A stretch of 13,673 nt of DNA from Bacteroidota bacterium. Lineage in GTDB: Bacteria > Bacteroidota > Ignavibacteria > SZUA-365 > JAADGX01. Under the pieces are notes generated by a model. It had not been told where the DNA came from, did no database searches, and saw nothing but the letters and a program-made list of their open reading frames with translations. Both the position numbers and the translations under genes were made by a program. Each line of letters begins with the position of its first letter. Within the stretch, counting starts at the first letter, position 1. Shown here piece by piece: positions 7,983-13,673 of this stretch. Where the stretch lies: assembly GCA_024276335.1 (NCBI GenBank), contig JAJRXL010000229.1, positions 1-13,673 on the forward strand, given 5' to 3'.

Positions 7983-8966
7983 TCAACAATTGTCGTTTTC
8001 GTAAGATGAACGTGACGCGAAAACGGTTCCGGCGTTGCGTCGAAATCCTTTGGGCCTGGCACGGCTGACCGGGCTTCCACGAAATTTCCGCCGGAAATCC
8101 TCGTCCGACATATTCATTGCTTCCCGGACGCTAAGTTGCAGTATTCCCGCTCGTGGCGCAAATCCGGGCACGGCGGTTTCCTTCGCGAAAGAATTCCACG
8201 GACATACATCCTGGCATATGTCGCACCCGAATATCCATTCTCCCAGTTTTTCTGCCACTTCGCCTGGGATCGTATCGCCGCGGTTCTCAATCGTCTGGTA
8301 CGAGATGCACAGGTTGGAATCCAGGACGTACGGCTCGACGATTGCCCCGGTTGGACAGGCGTCGATACAGGCGCGACACGTTCCACAATAATCGAGAACA
8401 GGATTGTCATGGAGAAACTCAACCGTGCTGATGATGACACCGAGGAATATCCAGGAGCCAGCGTCCCGCGTAATGATATTGGTATGCTTTCCCTGCCAGC
8501 CGATCCCGGACTTGGTCGCCCACGCTTTCTCCATGACCGGTCCCGTGTCCACGTATATCTTGCAGGATACGCCGGGGAACCGTTCTTTCAGCTCTGCCCG
8601 GAACCGCTCAAGCCCGGACAACATGATCTCGTGGTAATCGTCACCCCAGGCATACCTGGAGACGCGAACGGTATCATCGTTCTCCCGATGCTTCACGGGC
8701 GTGTAGTAATTCATCCCGACGCAAATCACGCTGCGGGCGTCCGGCAAAATTCGAGTTACATCGGATCGTTTTACAGGATCACGCGCCATCCAGTTCATTC
8801 CCGCGTGAAATCCCCGCTCCAGCCATTCCAGCAAGTGCGTTCGTTCCCTCGACAATGGCTCCGCGGGCGCTATGCCGACATGAGTGAAGCCGTATGTCTG
8901 CAGCCGGTTTTTCACCCAGCAGGTTCGGTCCTGTAGCTCCCGGAGTGTAGCAGGTGAATTCACCAT
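7983..8966 (-). CDS. queG: Epoxyqueuosine reductase (tRNA queuosine biosynthesis; cobalamin/4Fe-4S), 327 aa.
   Basis: From MVNSPATLRELQ... onward it aligns with QueG. The matching segments are LPDARSVICVGMNYY, SRYAWGDDYHEIM, CGTCRACIDACPTG and CDICQDVCPWN. The ATG at 8966-8964 is followed immediately by the Rieske-gene stop (ATGgTGA). The upstream extension to 9128 runs antisense into the Rieske ORF, so I rejected it. Confidence 0.85.
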   Translation of the reverse strand: MVNSPATLRELQDRTCWVKNRLQTYGFTHVGIAPAEPLSRERTHLLEWLERGFHAGMNWMARDPVKRSDVTRILPDARSVICVGMNYYTPVKHRENDDTVRVSRYAWGDDYHEIMLSGLERFRAELKERFPGVSCKIYVDTGPVMEKAWATKSGIGWQGKHTNIITRDAGSWIFLGVIISTVEFLHDNPVLDYCGTCRACIDACPTGAIVEPYVLDSNLCISYQTIENRGDTIPGEVAEKLGEWIFGCDICQDVCPWNSFAKETAVPGFAPRAGILQLSVREAMNMSDEDFRRKFRGSPVSRARPKGFRRNAGTVFASRSSYENDNC

Positions 8967-9301
8967 TCGATAGAATCGTGTCGCTCCGGAACACGAACAT
9001 GGATTTTGTCGCCTATCACCCGGACCTCGAAGGTTCTCAGTCCCGGAAGGCCGTTGGGCATAGCGCCTGTTTCCAGATGGAACTGCCAGCCGTGCAACGG
9101 ACAGGCCACGTACATGTTCTCCACGCATCCCTCGGCAATGAGAGGCGAATGCTGGTGCGGGCAGATGTTGCTTACCGCGTAGTATTTGTCTTTGACACGG
9201 AAGATGGCGATTTCCTCATCGTTGATTGTCCTGACCGCCCCGCCGGCTTCCGTAATGTCCCGGATATGGGCTGCGCGAACAAACCCCTTGTCGTCACTCA
9301 C
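8960..9301 (-). CDS. Rieske [2Fe-2S] domain protein (NirD-like small Rieske ferredoxin), 113 aa.
   Basis: It has the CPH motif (..ICPHQHSPL..) and CPLHGW, and the NirD-like N-terminus ...AGGAVRTINDEEIAIFRV. The GTG start at 9301-9299 overlaps the stop of the MBL gene (GTGAGTGA). The stop is TGA at 8960-8962. Confidence 0.8.
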   Translation of the reverse strand: MSDDKGFVRAAHIRDITEAGGAVRTINDEEIAIFRVKDKYYAVSNICPHQHSPLIAEGCVENMYVACPLHGWQFHLETGAMPNGLPGLRTFEVRVIGDKIHVRVPERHDSIEW

Positions 9302-10166
9302 CCTGGTTCCCCGGGAGAAGATCGGACAGCGCTCCCATCCGGCCGGGGCGGAATCCTTTTTCAGTCCGCACCACCATGGCCGCTTCGTACACGGGATCGT
9401 GCTCGAAGAATATCACCCATCGTTCCTCCACGGCGCGGGACAACAGCTCGTTTTTCTCGCGTAGTGTAACCAATGGTTGCAGATCATACCCCATGATATA
9501 TGGTCCCGGAATATGGCTCACAATAGGAATAAGGTCCGCCGCGTAGAGGACTTTACCTTGGCCCGTTTCCACGAGAACCACCTGCTGGCCGAACGTATGG
9601 CCCTCGAGAGGAATCACCCGTATCCCGGGGAACAATTCGGTCTCACCATCGAGGAGAGTCAGGACGCCGTGTTCCCGCAAGGGGAGGAAGTTCTCCGGGA
9701 AATAACTGGCCCGGTCGCGTTCCGACGGGTTCAGCGCCCATTGCCACTGCTCGTTCTGGATATAGTACCGCGCGCGGGGGAACGTCGGGACGAACCGGTC
9801 ATGATCTTTCGAAACCGCACCCCCGACGTGGTCGAAATGCAGGTGCGTGACGATGACATCGGTGATGGTATCCACCGACTCTCCGACCTCGGCGAGACTC
9901 CGTTCCAGGGTGAACCGGGAAAAATCCAGTTTATATATACTCCGCATTTTCTCGCTCAGCTTGTAACCCAGGCCGGTGTCCACGAGGATAGTTTGTTCGT
10001 TTTGTTTGATCAAGAGCAATCGTGCCGCCATTTCAATCTGGTTCTGCTCGTCAGCGGGATTCGTCCGGTTCCAAAGATTCTTCGGTACCACGCCGAACAT
10101 CGCCCCGCCGTCGAGCCGAAAGCGGCACGTCTCGATCGGAAAGAGACGCGTTATATCAGTGCTCAT
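9294..10166 (-). CDS. MBL-fold metallo-hydrolase (Zn-dependent; glyoxalase II / lactonase-like superfamily), 290 aa.
   Basis: It has the THLHFDHVGG (HxHxDH) motif and the N-terminal LDGGAMFGVVPK motif typical of this fold. The ATG is at 10166. The stop is TGA at 9294. Confidence 0.85.
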   Translation of the reverse strand: MSTDITRLFPIETCRFRLDGGAMFGVVPKNLWNRTNPADEQNQIEMAARLLLIKQNEQTILVDTGLGYKLSEKMRSIYKLDFSRFTLERSLAEVGESVDTITDVIVTHLHFDHVGGAVSKDHDRFVPTFPRARYYIQNEQWQWALNPSERDRASYFPENFLPLREHGVLTLLDGETELFPGIRVIPLEGHTFGQQVVLVETGQGKVLYAADLIPIVSHIPGPYIMGYDLQPLVTLREKNELLSRAVEERWVIFFEHDPVYEAAMVVRTEKGFRPGRMGALSDLLPGNQGE

Positions 10167-10185
10167 AATTCAGTAATCATTATTC

Positions 10186-10223
10186 ATACAAACAAAGGCC
10201 GGTTGCAAACAACCGACCTTTTA
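10186..10223 (-). terminator. Rho-independent terminator downstream of the ferredoxin gene.
   Basis: On the minus strand there is the hairpin GGTCGGTTG-tttg-CAACCGGCC (one mismatch), followed by TTTGTTTGT. It lies 40 nt past the ferredoxin stop. The complementary hairpin on the plus strand is followed by TTTTAT, so it may act in both directions. Confidence 0.5.
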
Positions 10224-10262
10224 TCAACACCAAACACTGCGGACAAGTGCCGCGCGAACGAA

Positions 10263-10595
10263 TTACCGTCCCAACTCGTCCAGGTACTTGACTTTTTCCA
10301 GGAGTTGCTCTTTCGTTTCCCTGTGGTTCGGATCCGGGACGCAACAGTCAACGGGACAAACCGCCGCGCACTGAGGCTCGTCGTGAAACGTTTCGCACTC
10401 GGTGCACTTGTCGGGCACGATGTAGAAGAAGTCGGCGCTCCAGAAACCCGTGGCGCCGGAAGGAGCAGGGTCACCTTCTCCGTACGTCTTGCCGCCGAGT
10501 TCCCAATCCGCGCCGCCCTCGTAAATCGCGTTGTTCGGGCATTCCGGTTCGCATGCACCGCAGTTGATGCATTCATCAGTGATCATTAAAGCCAT
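10263..10595 (-). CDS. 2[4Fe-4S] ferredoxin of the Alvin/YfhL type, with an extended inter-cluster insertion, 110 aa.
   Basis: The first cluster motif is [12 protein letters not shown]. The second is [18 protein letters not shown] (CxxCx8CxxxCP). The ATG at 10595 has a GGAAGGAA Shine-Dalgarno. The stop is TAA at 10263. Confidence 0.88.
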   Translation of the reverse strand: MALMITDECINCGACEPECPNNAIYEGGADWELGGKTYGEGDPAPSGATGFWSADFFYIVPDKCTECETFHDEPQCAAVCPVDCCVPDPNHRETKEQLLEKVKYLDELGR

Positions 10596-10720
10596 GGTAA
10601 AATTCCTTCCAATGGTGGGTTCATGTGTTAGATTGGAATGAAGTCAGGGAAAAAAATCCTCGCTCTTTCAAAAGGCTTCCAGGTGTCTTTCTATACAGTG
10701 AATTCGCAGCCAGGACACTG

Positions 10721-10749
10721 TTGCAACTTATGAAAGAACCGTGTATCAA
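10721..10749 (+). promoter_or_regulatory. Putative sigma70 promoter for the DUF192-methyltransferase operon.
   Basis: It reads TTGCAA (10721-10726), a 17-nt spacer, then TATCAA (10744-10749). It sits in the AT-richer divergent intergenic region between the ferredoxin gene (minus) and the DUF192 gene (plus). Confidence 0.35.
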
Positions 10750-10871
10750 CCGCTTTCACCTGTTAAAAAGTTACTATGTTCATCGATATAAACCAAACAG
10801 ACAACCCTGGGAAATCAAGGGAAAACACTATCTTGGTTATGAAACATGTTTCAAATGACAGGAAAAACGTG

Positions 10872-11441
10872 ATGACCAGAAAAGAGAAGCCCGCTTCCGA
10901 ACCCGAACAACCAATTGGAAAAAACAACAACCGTAAATACATTCTCATCGGCGCGGTTGCCGTGATCATCATCGCAATCGTGCTTATCATCACACGTTCT
11001 CCAGAACCCACCCGAATAGACACCGGCTCCGTCCCCCATCCCACGCCTTCGACATCATTCCGCAACGACGGGGTCCTGATCTTTTCCTCCGCCGACGGTC
11101 AACAGAAAGCGCGCATTACTATCGAGATCGCTAAAACCGAAGAACAACGAACACAGGGTATGATGGGCCGCACCGGATTCGACTTCACGAAAGGCATGCT
11201 TTTCATCTTCGATAACGAAGAGGAGCGCGCCTTCTGGATGGCCAATACACCGACATCACTCGATATTATCTTCATTAACCGGAAAAAGGAGATCGTCAAG
11301 ATCCATCCCCGGACCGAACCGTATTCAACCGATTCCTACCCTTCCGAGCGACCTGCAAAGTACGTTGTCGAGACCCTGGGGGGGTTCTGCGCGCGGTTCG
11401 GCATCGAGGAAGGCGATAGGATCTCCTGGCTGGCGGAATGA
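10872..11441 (+). CDS. DUF192 (COG1430) domain protein with an N-terminal membrane anchor, 189 aa.
   Basis: It has the TM helix YILIGAVAVIIIAIVLIIT, followed by the DUF192 core (...GMLFIFDNEEERAFWMANTPTSLDIIF...). The ATG at 10872 has an AGGA about 9 nt upstream. Upstream in-frame ATGs at 10776 and 10839 lack a Shine-Dalgarno. The stop TGA at 11439-11441 overlaps the next ATG. Confidence 0.75.
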   Translation: MTRKEKPASEPEQPIGKNNNRKYILIGAVAVIIIAIVLIITRSPEPTRIDTGSVPHPTPSTSFRNDGVLIFSSADGQQKARITIEIAKTEEQRTQGMMGRTGFDFTKGMLFIFDNEEERAFWMANTPTSLDIIFINRKKEIVKIHPRTEPYSTDSYPSERPAKYVVETLGGFCARFGIEEGDRISWLAE

Positions 11442-12079
11442 CCATGTACCACGTTATCGATCCCGACACTGCCGAATACCTGTCTCGTTGGGTGCGCCAC
11501 CACGACCCGGTGCTCAGCGAAATGGAATCATACGCCGGGGCGAATGATTTCCCTATCATCGGCCCTTTGGCAGGGGCGTACCTATACCAGCTTGCCCGCA
11601 TGGTTAACGCGAAGAGGGTTTTCGAACTTGGATCGGGGTATGGGTATTCCGCGTATTACTTCTTGAAAGCCGTCGGGACAACCGGAATCGTCCATTGCAC
11701 GGAACTCGCGAAACAGAACATCGATCTCGCCCGGGAATTTCTCACCCGCGCGGACTTGTGGGATCGCGCAACGTTTCACCAGCAGGACGCCCTGTCGGCG
11801 TTAGAAAAGATCGGCGGCTCCTGGGACGTGATCTTCAGCGATATTCACAAGAAACAGTACCCAGAGACCATCGAACTTGCGTACCGTCATCTGCGTCCCG
11901 GCGGGTTGTTTATCAGCGACAACGTGCTCTGGTCCGGACGTATCTTGGACGGCAAGGACGACGGGACCCCGGACACGGCCGCTATCAAGGAATTCACGCG
12001 CCGGTTGTTCGCCCACGATGGATTCATAACAACCATTCTTCCCATTCGAGATGGCATCGCCGTCGCCATGCGGCAATGA
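11438..12079 (+). CDS. Class I SAM-dependent O-methyltransferase of family 3 (caffeoyl-CoA OMT / YrrM-TrmR-like), 213 aa.
   Basis: Motif I is VFELGSGYGYSAYYF. It also has DVIFSD and LRPGGLFISDNVLW. Its ATG overlaps the DUF192 stop (ATGA). Confidence 0.85.
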   Translation: MTMYHVIDPDTAEYLSRWVRHHDPVLSEMESYAGANDFPIIGPLAGAYLYQLARMVNAKRVFELGSGYGYSAYYFLKAVGTTGIVHCTELAKQNIDLAREFLTRADLWDRATFHQQDALSALEKIGGSWDVIFSDIHKKQYPETIELAYRHLRPGGLFISDNVLWSGRILDGKDDGTPDTAAIKEFTRRLFAHDGFITTILPIRDGIAVAMRQ

Positions 12080-12115
12080 GTAGTATTCGGCCGGGCGCCG
12101 AAGCGCCTCACGCCA

Positions 12116-12145
12116 TTCGCAGATAGCACGCGGGAATGATATATT
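12116..12145 (+). promoter_or_regulatory. Putative sigma70 promoter upstream of trkA with an extended -10.
   Basis: It reads TTCGCA (12116-12121), an 18-nt spacer, then TGaTATATT (TG 12137-12138, TATATT 12140-12145). That places it about 45 nt upstream of the trkA ATG. Confidence 0.3.
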
Positions 12146-12191
12146 AGCAGCGTATGTGTGGTAACACGGCTCGGTACAACCCGGAAATTTC

Positions 12192-13544
12192 ATGAAGATA
12201 ATCATTACCGGCGCGGGATTGGTTGGAACAAGCCTGGCGGAACAACTGCTCTTGGAGAACCATGATGTCGCACTCGTGGAGCAGGATCCCCTCCGGGCGG
12301 AAAACGCCCGCGACAAGCTCGACGTCCTCATGATTACGGGTTCCGGCAGCAACCCGATAGACCTGGAGCGAGCCGGCATCACCGATGCCGACATGGTGAT
12401 CGCCGCGACCCCGGTGGATGAAGTAAATATCCTCGGTTGCATGATCGCCAGGCAGTACGGCGTCCCCCAGCGCATCGCCCGCATCCGCAAATGGAATTTC
12501 GAGGACCTCGATGCTCGCATCACGCCGGAAGGGCTTGGCATTACCCAGGTGATATATCCGGAAGAAAGCACGATCCAGGCGGTTCTCAATTACGTCGAAA
12601 CGCCGTTCGCCATCGATGCCCAGGATTTCCAGAAGCGGTCCATCCTCTTACGGAGCTACCTGGTTACTGAGAAAATGCCCATTGCCAACCGTTCGCTTAT
12701 CGAGCTTCGTGAATCGTTGGAAGCAAAGATCCTGGTCGTGGCCATTATTCGTGGTGACGACGTGTTCATCCCCAAGGGAGAGGACTGCGTCCTGCCGGGA
12801 GATAAGCCGCTGTTCATCTTTCCCCGCGAGGCCCTCCCCGTTTTCCTCGAGCTGGTCGATGCGGCGCACATTCCGAAAAACAAAGCCGTTGTCTTCGGCG
12901 ACACTCTGACGGCCCTCAATATTGCAAAGGCGCTGCAAAACGAAGTGGACACGGTGGTATTCATCGACCCCGACCTCGAGCACGGAAAAATCGTGGCGGA
13001 GCAGCTCCACGACGTGGACGTCCTGCTCGGTCACGGGGCAGACGTGGACGTCCTCCGGGAAGCCAACATCCGTTTCGCGGATTATTTCGTGGCCGCCGCC
13101 ACCGCGACACACGAGAACGTCTTGTCCTGCCTCCTGGCAAAATCGGAAGGCGCGAAGGACGTTATTTCCATCGTCAACGAGGACCAGTACGTGGGATTGA
13201 TTCTCTCCATCGGGATCAACAACGTCATCAACCCGCGGCAACTTACCGCCGCCAGCATTCTCAGCACGATCAACCCGGCGTACGTCGGCCCTTCCCTGCA
13301 TATCCAGAAGACCGACATCGACGTCATCCGGTTCAAGGTTCGCGAGGGCGCTCCCGTTACGGGAAAATCCCTGATGGAAGGCTGGAAAAAAGCGCGCGGG
13401 ATCGCGATCGTGGGAGCGGTTTTCCGTCACGATGAAATGATCATTCCCACAGGAACAACCGTTCTTCAGCCGGACGACCTTGTTATCGTTTTCACCCGGT
13501 CAGCCGGGATACCCAAACTTCGGAAACTCTTTGGAACCGACTGA
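12192..13544 (+). CDS. trkA: Trk potassium uptake system protein TrkA (NAD-binding, two RCK-N/RCK-C repeats), 450 aa.
   Basis: The N-terminus is MKIIITGAGLVGTSLAEQL (Rossmann GxGxxG). A second RCK-N begins around KAVVFGDTLTALNIAKAL. The length and architecture are typical of TrkA. Confidence 0.92.
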   Translation: MKIIITGAGLVGTSLAEQLLLENHDVALVEQDPLRAENARDKLDVLMITGSGSNPIDLERAGITDADMVIAATPVDEVNILGCMIARQYGVPQRIARIRKWNFEDLDARITPEGLGITQVIYPEESTIQAVLNYVETPFAIDAQDFQKRSILLRSYLVTEKMPIANRSLIELRESLEAKILVVAIIRGDDVFIPKGEDCVLPGDKPLFIFPREALPVFLELVDAAHIPKNKAVVFGDTLTALNIAKALQNEVDTVVFIDPDLEHGKIVAEQLHDVDVLLGHGADVDVLREANIRFADYFVAAATATHENVLSCLLAKSEGAKDVISIVNEDQYVGLILSIGINNVINPRQLTAASILSTINPAYVGPSLHIQKTDIDVIRFKVREGAPVTGKSLMEGWKKARGIAIVGAVFRHDEMIIPTGTTVLQPDDLVIVFTRSAGIPKLRKLFGTD

Positions 13545-13562
13545 GGCCCGAACCCACAACAC

Positions 13563-13673
13563 ATGCATAAGCGAACCGTTCTTTACGGAATTGCCCGGCT
13601 CCTCCAGGTGATGGGACTTGTGATGTTGATCCCTACCGTCATCGCGTGGCTTGATTACCCACAGCTTGAACCG
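13563..13673 (+). CDS. trkH: Partial CDS. It is probably the Trk system K+ transporter TrkH (N-terminal 37 codons; continues past the right edge).
   Basis: The ATG at 13563 is 19 nt after the trkA stop. It encodes the hydrophobic N-terminus MHKRTVLYGIARLLQVMGLVMLIPTVIAWL. This fits the first TM helix of TrkH and the usual trkA-trkH gene order. Confidence 0.55.
   Translation, partial: MHKRTVLYGIARLLQVMGLVMLIPTVIAWLDYPQLEP

Noticed and set aside
4253-8004. The plus-strand ORFs 4253..5038, 5131..5838, 7249..8004, 7410..8009 and 8136..8936.
   Set aside because: All are antisense to lutC, lutB, trxB and queG respectively. They have high-GC shadow-frame composition and no motifs.
7983-9128. The long 381-aa version of queG.
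   Set aside because: QueG homology begins at MVNSPATL (ATG 8966). The upstream 54 codons overlap the Rieske gene out of frame.
9477-10589. A 370-aa plus-strand ORF.
   Set aside because: It is antisense to the MBL hydrolase and ferredoxin genes and spans their intergenic terminator. It is a shadow ORF.
10841-10852. GAAACATGTTTC as a canonical Gram-positive LexA (Cheo) box.
   Set aside because: The consensus is GAAC-N4-GTTC. This site has A instead of C at position 4 and T instead of G at position 9. I therefore report it only as an unassigned palindrome.
12094-12107. The GGCGC-cgaa-GCGCC hairpin after the methyltransferase stop, considered as a terminator.
   Set aside because: It has only a 5-bp stem and no downstream T-tract. 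At most it is a weak or Rho-dependent site, so I did not call it.
11801-13430. The minus-strand ORFs 11801..12589 and 12648..13430.
   Set aside because: They are antisense to the methyltransferase and trkA genes, and Arg/Ser/Cys-rich. They are shadow ORFs.
1-13673. CRISPR arrays, IS or transposase genes, integrases, tRNA or rRNA genes.
   Set aside because: I saw no regularly spaced direct repeats and no terminal inverted repeats. No ORF showed transposase, integrase or recombinase motifs. No stretch had tRNA cloverleaf or rRNA character.

Overview
High-GC bacterial chromosomal window, densely coding, with no CRISPR array, IS element or rRNA/tRNA gene seen. Every long ORF on the strand opposite a recognisable gene was read as an antisense shadow ORF and rejected. 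The window has three blocks. (1) Minus strand, 3883 to 1: an SPFH/flotillin gene, then 45 nt downstream a single 781-aa ORF that fuses a complete class-I/II PLP aspartate-type aminotransferase in frame to a C-terminal HprK/PEPCK-like P-loop kinase domain with a Cys-rich patch, then 17 nt further the start of another gene that runs off the left edge. (2) Minus strand, 10166 to 4208: seven genes with gaps of 18 nt or less, or overlaps: MBL-fold hydrolase, Rieske [2Fe-2S] protein, epoxyqueuosine reductase QueG, thioredoxin reductase TrxB, LutA, LutB, LutC. A 2[4Fe-4S] ferredoxin gene with its own hairpin terminator lies upstream. (3) Plus strand: a DUF192 membrane-anchored protein and a class-I SAM O-methyltransferase coupled through ATGA, then trkA and the start of trkH. 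The most unusual item is the aminotransferase::HprK-like-kinase fusion in an apparent operon with flotillin. The Rieske/QueG start-stop overlap (ATGgTGA) and trxB sitting 2 nt from lutA are also non-canonical arrangements. Several short palindromes in the two AT-richer intergenic regions are candidate operators.
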